The notes under the pieces: generated by a model
The model's input: only the letters and a program-made list of their open reading frames with translations
Databases searched by the model: none
Told to the model about the DNA's origin: nothing
In this document: positions 1 to 12,800 of the stretch, piece by piece
How positions within the stretch are numbered: the first letter of the stretch is position 1
Layout of the letters: the number at the start of each line of letters is the position of its first letter
Translations under genes and position numbers: made by a program
Assembly: GCA_045605805.1 (NCBI GenBank)
Contig: JAZUQR010000027.1
Coordinates: 32,001 to 96,000 of the forward strand
Origin: Alphaproteobacteria bacterium
GTDB taxonomy: Bacteria; Pseudomonadota; Alphaproteobacteria; CAAHEQ01; UBA3637
Direction of reading: 5' to 3'
Length of the DNA stretch: 64,000 nucleotides

Positions 1-171
1 TTAAACCTTACCTTAAAAGGCGAGATTCAAAAAGCCCAAAACTATTGGATAAATGATTTAAACGGAAAAACCTTACGAGAAAATGCCCTGTCCCGTATGT
101 TTCAAGGTTTAATTGATATTGAAGAAGTGGAAAGATGGACAGGATTTTTGGACCAACTCAATCTGACATAA
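1..171 (+). CDS. C-terminal fragment of a probable type IV pilus/T2SS assembly ATPase (PilQ/GspE-like), truncated by the window edge
   Basis: Frame 1 is open from base 1 to TAA at 169-171 (..AQNYWINDLNGKTLRENALSRMFQGLIDIEEVERW..). It resembles the GspE/PilB-family tail and lies directly upstream of a GspF-family gene. Confidence 0.55.
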   Translation, partial: LNLTLKGEIQKAQNYWINDLNGKTLRENALSRMFQGLIDIEEVERWTGFLDQLNLT

Positions 172-184
172 AAGGAGAAAACAA

Positions 185-1309
185 ATGGTTGTACATGTAA
201 AAGACTCCATGGATAAATCGCTGTCTACCAATGTACTGAACTTATGGTATGCCCGCTATTCTGTACGCATGCATTCCGAAGACCGTTTGGAAGTTTATCG
301 CAAGTTGATGGCGTTGTTAAAAAACCGCTTTTCTTTAATGGATGCACTGGAACGAATATACTCTATTGCCTCCAAAGATGGCAAAAATCCCGATGACAGT
401 ATGGCCATTGCAACGGCACACTGGATGCAACGGGTGCGCAACGGTAGCACCTTTTCAGAATCCTTAAAAGGATGGGTTCCCTCTACTGAAATCCTTACCC
501 TTTCTGTGGGCGATGTAGCCGCATTAGACTTGGCCTTACAACACACAATTCGGGTGGTAGAAGGCATGAACAAAATGCGTTCATTGGTGTGGGGTGCAGT
601 GGCCTATCCATTATTTTTGATGATGATGGTTGTCATAATGATTTGGGCCGTTGCTAAATATATGGTTCCGCCCATGATAGATGCAGTACCAAACCTACAA
701 TGGCGAGGCATTGCCAAATCATTGGTAGATTTATCTAACTTTGTGGATAATCATCCGATTTTGCTGTTTTCTGTTTTACCAATTATCGTTGTGATATGCC
801 TCATTTCATTCCCCTATTGGTCTGGAAAATCACGGGCAAAAGTGGATAACATCCCACCATGGTCCATCTATCGGATTTTTATCGGGGTCAGTTGGCTGCT
901 CGCCTTATCAGCTCTGGTTCGTGCAGGGATGCCTGTGTCAAAGGCTATGCGATCATTGGGAGGCAATGATGCCACACCCTACTTGCGTTTTCGTGTGGAA
1001 CGAGCCTTGATGTATGTCAACAACGGTGATAACTTGGGTGAAGCACTGTACCACGCACAATTAAAGTTCCCTGATGATGAAATTATCGGTGACTTGCGTA
1101 TTTATTCGGAATTGGATACCTTCCCCGAAGCCTTGGAAAATCTGGCCAATAACTGGTTGGAAAGCTCAATCCGACAAATTGATAAAACAACAGCCATCTT
1201 AAACGGTGTGGCTATTTTATCCATCTCAGCCGTCATTGGATGGGTTGTATGGGGTACCTTCGCCATGCAAGAACAAATGGTGTCTGGCATGGGGTTGGGA
1301 GGTGGCTAA
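185..1309 (+). CDS. Type II secretion F-family inner-membrane platform protein (type IVb PilR/BfpE/TcpE-like)
   Basis: 374 aa with two GspF-like cytoplasmic domains and three TM segments (AVAYPLFLMMM.., LLALSALVRAG..). AAGGAG RBS upstream. Confidence 0.8.
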   Translation: MVVHVKDSMDKSLSTNVLNLWYARYSVRMHSEDRLEVYRKLMALLKNRFSLMDALERIYSIASKDGKNPDDSMAIATAHWMQRVRNGSTFSESLKGWVPSTEILTLSVGDVAALDLALQHTIRVVEGMNKMRSLVWGAVAYPLFLMMMVVIMIWAVAKYMVPPMIDAVPNLQWRGIAKSLVDLSNFVDNHPILLFSVLPIIVVICLISFPYWSGKSRAKVDNIPPWSIYRIFIGVSWLLALSALVRAGMPVSKAMRSLGGNDATPYLRFRVERALMYVNNGDNLGEALYHAQLKFPDDEIIGDLRIYSELDTFPEALENLANNWLESSIRQIDKTTAILNGVAILSISAVIGWVVWGTFAMQEQMVSGMGLGGG

Positions 1310-1336
1310 AACAAAACCACATCAAACTGATAAAAA

Positions 1337-1368
1337 GAAAACCCCCGAACAACCGTTCAGGGGTTTTT
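1337..1368. terminator. Bidirectional intrinsic terminator between convergent pilR-like and eno
   Basis: aaaa-ccccgaac-aacc-gttcagggg-ttttt hairpin flanked by A and T runs. Confidence 0.7.
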
Positions 1369-1383
1369 AAGGTGAAATCTCAC

Positions 1384-3240
<1,857 letters not shown>

Positions 3241-3241
<1 letters not shown>

Positions 3242-4107
3242 TATTTACACTCCTTTTTCAATTCCTGGGTCAATTCATTTATTGGCAAACTTTTAGTCAA
3301 AGTATCTAATGCCTGTAAATTTTTCAGCATTGTTTCCATCTGATCCAAAGGAATCATATTCGGGCCGTCACTTGGGGCAGAATTGGGGTGTTCATGTGTT
3401 TCCAAAAAGATGCCTGCAATACCGGCGGTAATTGCCGCATTTGCCAATGTTGGGGCAAATTCGCGTTGCCCACCGCTAGATCCCCCTAAACCACCTGGTT
3501 GTTGCACCGAATGAGTGGCATCAAAAATAACAGGATAACCGGTTTCCTTCATTTGAGGCAAGCCACGCATATCCACCACTAAGGTATTATACCCAAAACT
3601 TGTTCCCCGTTCTGTCAATAAGATATTTTCGTTCCCAGTGCTGGCAATTTTATTGGCCACATTCTTCATATCCCACGGTGCCAAGAATTGCCCCTTTTTG
3701 ACATTGATTGTCTTACCCGTTCTGCCGGCCGCTAATAACAAATCCGTTTGACGACACAAAAAAGCAGGAATCTGTAAAATATCCACAACTTCGGCCGCAA
3801 CAGCACATTGATACGGTTCGTGAATATCCGTCAAACACAAAACATTTAATTTAGATTTGATATCAGAAAAAGCCTGCATACCAGCTTCCAATCCCATGCC
3901 ACGCACACCGTTCACACTGGTTCTGTTAGCTTTGTCAAACGAGGCCTTAAAAACAAAAGGAATACCCAACTTTGTGGTAATTTCTTTCAAAGCAGAGGCC
4001 ATCTCCATCCCATGCGAGGCACTTTCCATCTGGCACGGACCGGCAATCAAAACAAATGGGCTGTCATTATTAAAAACAACACTTCCAATTTGAACGGTTT
4101 TATTCAT
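3241..4107 (-). CDS. kdsA: KDO 8-phosphate synthase
   Basis: Motifs IAGPC, KASFDKANRTS, QIPAFLCRQT, KKGQFLAP, DATHSVQ and SDGPN. Confidence 0.97.
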
Positions 4108-4108
4108 C

Positions 4109-4384
4109 CTATTCTCCTTGTTCTGTGGTTGGCAACAAAGAGGCTTGCGCAGGCTGATTATCCTTTTTAGCCATAACCATCAAAGCCAAAGTCACCACAC
4201 AAAAAGCCACAAAGAAATATTTGGTCAATCTGGATAAGGCATCACCGGCTTGACGAGCGGTTAAAAAGCTGTTGGCACTTTGTCCGCTTAAACCACCCAT
4301 ACCGCCTTCACTGCGTTGTAAAAGAACCAAAATGGTCAATCCCAGTGCTAACAAAATCTGAATCATTAAAACAAACAAATACAT
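4109..4384 (-). CDS. secG: Preprotein translocase subunit SecG
   Basis: Two TM helices, LVLLQRSEGGMGGL motif, usual position after tpiA. Confidence 0.92.
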   Translation of the reverse strand: MYLFVLMIQILLALGLTILVLLQRSEGGMGGLSGQSANSFLTARQAGDALSRLTKYFFVAFCVVTLALMVMAKKDNQPAQASLLPTTEQGE

Positions 4385-4401
4385 TGGGGATACCCTTTCA
4401 A

Positions 4402-5160
4402 TTATAATTGTGTTTCGGCAATCGCCCAAAAGCTGTCTACTTTCAAAGCAGCCCCACCAATTAAAGCCCCATCTACATTTTCAACAGACAGCAACTCTTT
4501 GGCATTTTCTGGTTTCACAGAGCCACCATATAAAATGCGCAGTCCATCGGCCACTTCTTGCCCAAGATTTTTGGCCACTTCGGCACGAATAGCCGCATGC
4601 ATTTCGGCCACATCTTCCACCGTTGGCACCTTACCCGTACCAATAGCCCAAACAGGTTCATAAGCCAACACACAGTTTTCGGCCGTAGCGATAGCCGGCG
4701 TTGATTCACGCACTTGACGTGTCACCACATCCAAGGCTTGACCCGATTCTCTTTCTTCCAAAGTTTCCCCAACACAAATCACAACAGTTAAATTGTTATT
4801 GATGGCATTTTCGGCCTTTTGACGCACAACAGCATCAGTTTCGTGATGATAAGTTCTGCGTTCGGAATGTCCAACCAAAGTCCAAGTCGCCCCCAAATCG
4901 GCCACCATGGCGGCAGATACATCGCCGGTGAACGCACCATTTGGTTTGGCTGTTTCGGCCACATCTTGCGCCCCAACAAAAACAGTTTTATGGGTTTCAT
5001 CGGCCACATACCCTAACACATTCATGGGTGGACACACCAACACATCAAACGGACGATTTTCAACACCGTCAAATTTTTCAAACACCGCCTTTGCCAAAGC
5101 AACAGCATCGGCTTTTAAGCCATTCATTTTCCAGTTTCCGGCAATCAATTTTTTACGCAT
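4402..5160 (-). CDS. tpiA: Triosephosphate isomerase
   Basis: Motifs AGNWKMN, GHSERR, AYEPVWAIGTG and YGGSV. Confidence 0.98.
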   Translation of the reverse strand: MRKKLIAGNWKMNGLKADAVALAKAVFEKFDGVENRPFDVLVCPPMNVLGYVADETHKTVFVGAQDVAETAKPNGAFTGDVSAAMVADLGATWTLVGHSERRTYHHETDAVVRQKAENAINNNLTVVICVGETLEERESGQALDVVTRQVRESTPAIATAENCVLAYEPVWAIGTGKVPTVEDVAEMHAAIRAEVAKNLGQEVADGLRILYGGSVKPENAKELLSVENVDGALIGGAALKVDSFWAIAETQL

Positions 5161-5224
5161 ACAAACTCCTTTGTTAAATATACTTGTTTTTTACCATATT
5201 TTTCATATTTTTGCAAGAAGAAAA

Positions 5225-5473
5225 TCATTTTTTTACAGAACAATCACCGATTTCATAAAAATCAACCGCTTCATTGTCTAAATCAAAAAAAACGGTTTCA
5301 GTACATCCCCCATCACGATAGACCCACATCTCATGTCCCTTTTCACGCATAAAGGAATCAGGCTCCCCTTTTTTTTGACGCACAAAATCCATATTTTCGC
5401 CTTTAATATCCCGAAAATGAGGATGGACACATCCTGCCAACAGCAAACACATTAAAAAATATATTTTCTTCAT
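5225..5473 (-). CDS. Small lipoprotein (BamE/SmpA-like fold possible)
   Basis: MKKIYFLMCLLLAGC lipobox and a GEPD..W.Y pattern; start overlaps the comEC stop. Confidence 0.7.
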   Translation of the reverse strand: MKKIYFLMCLLLAGCVHPHFRDIKGENMDFVRQKKGEPDSFMREKGHEMWVYRDGGCTETVFFDLDNEAVDFYEIGDCSVKK

Positions 5474-7377
5474 AAATCCTCCTTTTGATAAAAAATCTCT
5501 TGCATCCAAGGGCGTTTTTGCTCATTAGCCCCAACCTCTTGAATCAAAATATCCGGAGACAAATAAACATCATAAACTTTTTGCGATTGAGGAATAAATT
5601 GAACCGCATTGACACATAACTTTGATTTTTTCCAAAGAATCGCTAAATCAGCCTTTTGACATAAATCGGGATGAAAGGCAACCATCTTTTGCCCAATCTG
5701 CACAAAATCATCTGAAACAATCCGAGCCTTATCCTGACCATTTTTTCTTAAACGAATTTTGGCCATCCAGTTTTGATTATTCCCTAGAATCTGAAACGAA
5801 CCGTCCTCTTGACGCACAAGAACAGTCCTTCCTTTATCCATAACAACCAAATCTGGCACACGAACAAGACTATAACCAATAATAAAACCGGCCAAAATAA
5901 CAGCACATCCCCAAAATCGCCGTTTGCTTTTAACAAGACAAAGCCAAACAATGCCAAAGGCAACAAAGCCCAAACCCCACATTGAAAAAGAAAGGACAAA
6001 CACCTCGGCATAGGGCAACCGACTTATCCATTCGGCCACAGCCGTAATTTTATCTAACAAAAAGCCAACAATTTTCAAAAGAAAACCTTCCCAACCCAAA
6101 GGCATCAACAAAGTAGAGACAAACAATAACGGCATCACACAAAATGAAAACACCACAGAAGTCACTAAATTACCCATTACAGCATAAGGATTAAATTGAT
6201 TAAAATGGTAAATCACAAAAGGAGCCAACGCAACCGAAACAATCACATTTGCCAAAAGAGCCGTCAATAAAATAACCCCAAAAGAACGAGAAGAAAAAGA
6301 AGCCGATAAATCCTCATATAAGCCAACCAAAATCAACACAGAGATAAACGAAAATTGAAAGCTGATGGAAGTAATCCATTCCGGCCGAATACACAACAAA
6401 ACCACCGCTACCAAAAGCACACTGTACAACGAAACCGTCTTGCGTTCGGTTAAAACGCCCAAAAACACCAACGCAATCATCAAAAAAGAACGAATGGCAG
6501 GCACTTGAAAGCCGGAAATCATCAAATAAAAACCAGTCACTATCAAAGATAAAACAGCAGCCACTTTCTTGGCCGAAAAACGCAAACTGACCACAGGCAT
6601 CAAGGCCAATAATGATTGAACCAAAAAGAAAACAAATGTTGCCAACAACGCCATATGAAATCCAGATACCGAAAGCACATGAGCAATGCCCGCCCGCCGA
6701 TAAATATCGTAAATCTGTGGCGATACAATCTGTTGTTCACCAACAACCAACGGAATGGCAATTTCGGCTTGCTTATCGGATAAAGACGCCCGCAGTTTTG
6801 CCATAATATCCAACCGCAACGCATCCATTTTTGCAACAGAAGCCTGTTGATGGGAAATCACTTTTTTGATTTTACCGCCCGCCCCTATACCTTGATAAAA
6901 AAAACGCCGTGCTTGATGTGCTTGCACAGCAAACAAATGACCTTCAAAACAAACTTTATCCCCTTTATGGAACACAGGTTCTTGCTCATCAAAAGAAACC
7001 CTGGCCTGCCTTGGCACAAAGCCTTTTTGCTTTAAGGAAATGTTTTCTAAAAACAAGGTCTGTCCGCTGTATTTAGAATACGAATCCACCACATCGGCAC
7101 ATATTTCTTGATGCCACAAAGACCGCCATAAAAAAGGTGTATCCACAAATGATGTTCTGAATGAAGCAACAAAAAGGCCTAACAAAACAAAAAAGCTATA
7201 TCTAATCCACACAAAACGAATAAAAAAAGTAAGCCCCAAACAAAACAAAGATAAACTTAAAATAATCGGCCAATATGGCTCAAAAGAAAGGCCAAAATAC
7301 AAAGCGATTCCAAAAACAAATGAAACAAAATACCATAAGATAAAAAATCGATATTCTGACCACAATTTGAATTTCAT
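5470..7377 (-). CDS. comEC: ComEC/Rec2 competence DNA-uptake channel
   Basis: Motifs AGIAHVLSVSGFH, PAIRS, SFQFSF and GNL; many TM segments. Confidence 0.92.
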   Translation of the reverse strand: MKFKLWSEYRFFILWYFVSFVFGIALYFGLSFEPYWPIILSLSLFCLGLTFFIRFVWIRYSFFVLLGLFVASFRTSFVDTPFLWRSLWHQEICADVVDSYSKYSGQTLFLENISLKQKGFVPRQARVSFDEQEPVFHKGDKVCFEGHLFAVQAHQARRFFYQGIGAGGKIKKVISHQQASVAKMDALRLDIMAKLRASLSDKQAEIAIPLVVGEQQIVSPQIYDIYRRAGIAHVLSVSGFHMALLATFVFFLVQSLLALMPVVSLRFSAKKVAAVLSLIVTGFYLMISGFQVPAIRSFLMIALVFLGVLTERKTVSLYSVLLVAVVLLCIRPEWITSISFQFSFISVLILVGLYEDLSASFSSRSFGVILLTALLANVIVSVALAPFVIYHFNQFNPYAVMGNLVTSVVFSFCVMPLLFVSTLLMPLGWEGFLLKIVGFLLDKITAVAEWISRLPYAEVFVLSFSMWGLGFVAFGIVWLCLVKSKRRFWGCAVILAGFIIGYSLVRVPDLVVMDKGRTVLVRQEDGSFQILGNNQNWMAKIRLRKNGQDKARIVSDDFVQIGQKMVAFHPDLCQKADLAILWKKSKLCVNAVQFIPQSQKVYDVYLSPDILIQEVGANEQKRPWMQEIFYQKEDL

Positions 7378-7429
7378 TTGCCTTTTTCCTTCACACTTGA
7401 TATGATACAAATAAAGGAAGAAATTGTCA

Positions 7430-7903
7430 ATGCAAAAACCATTAAATCCAAAAAGATTGGAAAATATCACACTTTATTATCTGGAACGCTTTGATGCGTG
7501 CAGTGGAAAGGTACGCCAAATGCTGAACAAGCGGGTTCAAAAGCAAAAAATGCTGGGCGTGGAAGTGGATAAAAATATCCACAATTGGATTGAACAAACC
7601 ATCCATAAAATGCAACAACTTGGCTATCTGAATGATGAACGCTATACACAAAACAGCATCCACCGCCTGTCCGAACAAGGCAAATCAGGCCGCTATATTC
7701 GGCAAAAATTGGCCACAGAAGGCATCAGTCAAACACTGATATCAACCTATCTGTCCCCCGATGACGAATTAGACAGAGCCATCAAAATGGTTCACAAAAA
7801 GCATTTACAACACACGGAAAAAGATTTGGCAAAATTGGCCCGAGCCGGTTTCACATACGAAACGGCCAAAAAGGCCCTAACACAAGGAGAAGAAAATGTT
7901 TGA
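7430..7903 (+). CDS. recX: RecX regulatory protein
   Basis: YLERF..S, GYLNDERY, QGKSGRYIRQKL..GI and LARAGF patterns. Confidence 0.85.
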   Translation: MQKPLNPKRLENITLYYLERFDACSGKVRQMLNKRVQKQKMLGVEVDKNIHNWIEQTIHKMQQLGYLNDERYTQNSIHRLSEQGKSGRYIRQKLATEGISQTLISTYLSPDDELDRAIKMVHKKHLQHTEKDLAKLARAGFTYETAKKALTQGEENV

Positions 7904-8474
7904 AGAATTGGAAGAAATCCGCACACAATGTACCACCTGTCAAAAATGCGCCTTAGGCAAAACGCGCACAAAGTCGGTTTTTTCGGCAGGCGTTCCTAAC
8001 AATAAAATCGTTTTAATTGGCGAAGCCCCTGGTTTTAACGAAGACCAAACAGGCGAACCCTTTGTCGGCCGAGCGGGTCAGCTTTTAGATAAGATATTGG
8101 AATCCGTTGGTTTTTCTCGCAAAGAAAACATCTATATCTGCAACACAATCAAATGTCGCCCGCCTGAAAATCGGGATCCTCTGCCCGAAGAAAAAAAAGC
8201 CTGCCGAGCCTATCTGGACAAGCAACTGGAAATCTTACAACCCAAAATCATTTTGCTGTGTGGTAAAGTTGCTCTCACCTCTTTTTTAGAAACAAAAGAA
8301 GGCATTACAAAGTTGCGTGGGCGTTGGTTTGATGGGCCAAACGGGGCAAAAATGATGCCCATCTTCCATCCGTCATATCTGTTAAGGAATCAATCTCATG
8401 CCGTAGGCTCCCCCAAGTGGATGATGTGGCAGGATATGAAAAAAATCAAACAAGCCTATGATGAACTAACTTAA
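7896..8474 (+). CDS. Uracil-DNA glycosylase family 4 (4Fe-4S)
   Basis: CxxC, GEAPG, PFVGRAG, KCRPPENR and HPSYLLR motifs. Confidence 0.95.
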   Translation: MFEELEEIRTQCTTCQKCALGKTRTKSVFSAGVPNNKIVLIGEAPGFNEDQTGEPFVGRAGQLLDKILESVGFSRKENIYICNTIKCRPPENRDPLPEEKKACRAYLDKQLEILQPKIILLCGKVALTSFLETKEGITKLRGRWFDGPNGAKMMPIFHPSYLLRNQSHAVGSPKWMMWQDMKKIKQAYDELT

Positions 8475-8529
8475 AAAAAATCCCCCGATTGGGTGTCGGG
8501 GAAAAGAAAGTTGATAGGAAACAGCAATT

Positions 8530-9573
8530 TTATCTGCCATCGCAAGATTTAGGCAACCGCACTTTTGTTTGTTTTGTCATCGCACACAATTGCGCCCAAA
8601 AACCTGTCCGTGCCTTTGATGTACCATTGGAATCTTTAATCACAAAAGTTTGCAACTTACCATTGGCATCATATTTGCCATAAGTACCTTTTTGTTTATC
8701 ATGCAACATAGTAAAAGCAACCTGATTCCGCTCATATTTTTTAACAACGATATTGCCATCTTTATCCATCATTTTTTCGCAAGTTTTCACCCCATTGTCA
8801 TTATAAAACTCTTTTTTTAAAGTTTTATCCGCAAACAAAGTAAGTTTTTCTCGCAACAATCCATTAGGAAAACACCATTTTTCTTGACGTGTTCCATTTG
8901 CTAAAACCCACAACGAATGAGAAATAGCACCATCCTGATGGTATGTCAAACCTTTATAGGCTCCATTTGAAAAACCTGTACTTTCAGATTCCAAAGAACC
9001 GTCCGGATAATAAGACACCGAAATATCTGTACCATCTCTCAAAACAACACTTTCCGATTTAACTGAACCATTCTGATAATAAAAAGTTGTCTTTCTTTTA
9101 CCATCGGAAAACAAGGTCTCATCACTCAATTTAGACCCATCAGTATAATAAGTCGTTTTTTGTTGTTCTCCCCCAAAAACAGTTGTTTGTTCAGAACGAA
9201 CACCACCATTATGATAATAACACACTTCCTTTACTGTAGCATCAGGATATGTCATAGTTTCATTCAATTGAAAGCCCGTTGAATCATACCTTAAACATTT
9301 TTTGATACCATCTGTAAAAACAAATTGAAGTTCCTTTGAACCATCTTGATGGTAAACCATACATTTACTTGTACCATCAGATAACAGTGTCATCTCACAG
9401 CGTTTAGAGCCATCATCATCATAAACCACACTTTTCTTGGACCCATCAGGAAAAAAAGTGGTATCATACTCCACAGAACCGTCCTGACGATAACTCACCT
9501 CTTTCTTTGTACTATCTTCTAAAATCTCACTTTTAACCATCCGACAAGAGGATTTTGTGTCTGAAAAAAACAT
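8530..9573 (-). CDS. MORN-variant/YwqK-like repeat protein
   Basis: Many ~23-aa repeats of the form Y(Y/H)x(D/N)GS(L/V/K)xSE..DG. Confidence 0.75.
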   Translation of the reverse strand: MFFSDTKSSCRMVKSEILEDSTKKEVSYRQDGSVEYDTTFFPDGSKKSVVYDDDGSKRCEMTLLSDGTSKCMVYHQDGSKELQFVFTDGIKKCLRYDSTGFQLNETMTYPDATVKEVCYYHNGGVRSEQTTVFGGEQQKTTYYTDGSKLSDETLFSDGKRKTTFYYQNGSVKSESVVLRDGTDISVSYYPDGSLESESTGFSNGAYKGLTYHQDGAISHSLWVLANGTRQEKWCFPNGLLREKLTLFADKTLKKEFYNDNGVKTCEKMMDKDGNIVVKKYERNQVAFTMLHDKQKGTYGKYDANGKLQTFVIKDSNGTSKARTGFWAQLCAMTKQTKVRLPKSCDGR

Positions 9574-9809
9574 CTTTTCTATTTACTCCTTCATTTTGAT
9601 AAAAAAACAACCGCTATATGATTCATCGGCATCATTACACACAGAACAGGTGTTGTCAAATGTTATAAAAAACAAGACCACACACTTCTGATTGAAAAAC
9701 TGATTTTTGATTATTTAAGGACACATAAGGTTTTGAACCCCAAAAAACACAAGACATTTATTCTCCTTTAGGACTTATATTATACACAATATCAAAAAAA
9801 ATGTCAACA

Positions 9810-9842
9810 AAAAATCCCCCAAGTACACACTTGGGGGAAAAA
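9810..9842. terminator. Intrinsic terminator after ileS
   Basis: tcccccaagt-acac-acttggggga hairpin flanked by A runs. Confidence 0.7.
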
Positions 9843-9853
9843 GCCCTGCGCTT

Positions 9854-12800
9854 TTATACTGCTTTTTGAAGGGCAAAGGCAACTTTGGCATCACCCAATT
9901 CTTCGGTTTTATCGGGCGTTTCAACCCCTTGAATAAAGGAAACAGCCAACACCTGATCCGCAATATACGCCGCATGTTCCTTAAAGGCTTCTTGCACCAA
10001 ATCCGATTCACAAGACCAAGTCAAAACAATGCGATCAGACACATCCAATCCCTTGTCTTTTCGCAACTGTTGCACCATACGCACAAAGTCACGTGCCACA
10101 CCTTCCCGTTCCAATTCAGGCAACACAGTCACATCTAATTGAACAACAGCACGATTATCTGGCAACGCCTGACCTTTGAAGCCTTCTTTCATATTCAACC
10201 GCAGTTCAAATTCATCGGCTGTTAAAGTTTGGCCGGCAATCGCCAAAGTCCCATTGTCATTCACCGACCATTGATTTTGCTTACTGGCAGCCATAATAGC
10301 CCCCATCGCTGCCCCCAAACGCTTACCGATAAGAGGTGTTTTCAAATACAGGAACTTATCAGCCACAGCCGTCACATCTGTGTTAAACACAACTTCTTTC
10401 ACATTGACTTCATCTTTCAACAACTCAACAAAATCGGCTAAGCCTTCTGTGTGTTCGCCAGCCACAGTCATCTTGGCCAAAGGCAAACGATTGCGCAACC
10501 GATTTTCTTCACGAATTGCCTTGGCAGTGGAAGAAATAGACCGCACCATATCCATATATTCAATCAAAGCCTTTTCATCCGCCAAAGCCGATACATCTGG
10601 CCACAAAGTCAAATGCACAGATTCCTCACCGGTCAATCCCCGATAAACCATATCTGTCAAGAAAGGCATCAACGGAGCCATCACCTTGGACAAAGTCACC
10701 AAAACGGTGTACAGTGTATCAAAAGCCTTTGCATCCGTTCCATCCCAGAACCGTTCCCGAGAACGACGAATATACCAGTTATTCAAAATATCCAAAAACT
10801 CGGCAAAGTTTTCGGCTGCCGCCGGCATATCATACGCCACCATCTCGGCCTTTGTGTTTTCTACTAAGTTCTTCAACTTGCCCAAAATATACCGATCAAG
10901 CACATCTGTGGCAGAAGTGGCCATATTGGCCTTCACACCTTCCGCATTGGCATACAAACAGAAGAAATAATAGGCATTCCAAAAAGGCAACACAGCTTTG
11001 CGCATCGCTTTGGCCACATCTTTGCCTTCATAATCCATGCACACATTCCCCCCATGAACCATGGAAGAAGAAAGTAAGAACCATCTAAGCGCATCGGCCC
11101 CAGAAGTATTCAAAATCACATATGGATCAGGATAGTTGCCCAATTTTTTGGACATTTTCACGCCCCCTTCGGCCATCACCAACCCCGTCACCATACAATG
11201 CTTAAAGGCTGGTCTGTGATGCAAGGCCGTTCCTAAAACATGTAAAGAATAAAACCAACCACGAGTTTGGTCTACCCCTTCTGCAATAAAATCGGCCGGA
11301 AAATGATTTTCAAACCATTCTTTGCGTTCAAACGGATAATGCACTTGCCCCACAGGCATAGATCCCGATTCAAACCAACAATCAAACACATCCGGCACCC
11401 GCCGCATCATTGATTTTCCGGTTGGGTCATCTGGATTCGGATAAACCACCTCATCAATGACAGGACGATGTAAATCTTTCACATCAAAACCCGTTTTTTC
11501 TTTAATTTCTGCCACCGAACCAAACACATCTGTGCGTGGATATTGTGGATTATCCGATTGCCACACAGGAATTGGAGCCCCCCAAAACCGTGTTCTGGAA
11601 ATAGACCATTCTCTTGCGCCTTCTAACCATTTACCAAAACGCCCTTCTTTAATATGTTCGGGTGTCCAAGTAATGGATTGATTCAAAGCACATAATTCAT
11701 CACGAAACTTTGGCACATCCACAAACCAACCGGACATAGCCTTATAAATCAAAGGAGTATCCGTTCTCCAACAATATGGATAAGTATGGGTAATCTGTTC
11801 TTTTTTCACCAAAATGTGTTTTTCTTTCAAATAATTCAACACATATTCATTGGCATCAAACACCTGTCTGCCTTGCACCTCTGGCACTTCCGCAGTAAAG
11901 CAACCGGCTTCATCCACAGGGCAAACAATCGGGAAACGGGCATCTTGTTTGCGACAAACTTCAAAGTCATCTGCACCAAAACCTGGGGCAATATGCACCA
12001 AACCAGTCCCATCTTCCGTTGAAACAAACTCACCAGCCAACACCTTAAAACAGCCTTTGTCTTTCAAATGGGCAAAATAAGGGAACATGGGTTCATAGGA
12101 CAAATCAACCAAATCGGCCCCTTTCAATGTGGCAACTTGTGTGGCATTTTCCAATTGTTTGGCATAGCGCCCTTTTAAGGCCTCAGCCAACACATATTTT
12201 TCACCGTTTTCTTCCATAACGGCATAATCAATATCCGCCCCAACAGCAATCATTTGGTTGGAAAACAAAGTCCAAGGCGTTGTTGTCCACACCAACAGAT
12301 TCATCCCATTTTCCAATTTGAACATCACTGTAATGGCTGTATCTACTTTATCCCGATAACACCCCGGTTGATTCACTTCAAAGTTGGACAAAACAGTTTG
12401 CGCTGCCCAAGAATAAGGCTGAACCCGATAATCTTGATAGATTAAACCTTTATCATATAAAGCCTTAAAATTACAAATCACCGACTCCATAAAAGGCAAA
12501 TCCATCGTGCGATATTCCAAATCTGGATCAAGCCAACGCCCCATCCTGTGGAATAAATCCACGAAATCGCTGGAATACTTCAAAACAGCCTCTTGACAAT
12601 ACTTGTTAAACTTATCCACACCATATTCTTCAATGGCTTTATGACCCGAAATTCCCAAAGCCTTTTCAGCATTCATTTCAGCCGGCAATCCATGACAATC
12701 CCAACCAAAAGGGCGTTCCACTTTTTTACCCAACATTGTTTGAAACCGAGCCACAGCATCTTTCACATAAGACACAAAAATATGTCCATAATGGGGTTGA

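Noticed and set aside
8530-9573. YwqJK-type toxin-antitoxin module
   Set aside because: No neighbouring toxin ORF; only the repeat fold is supported.
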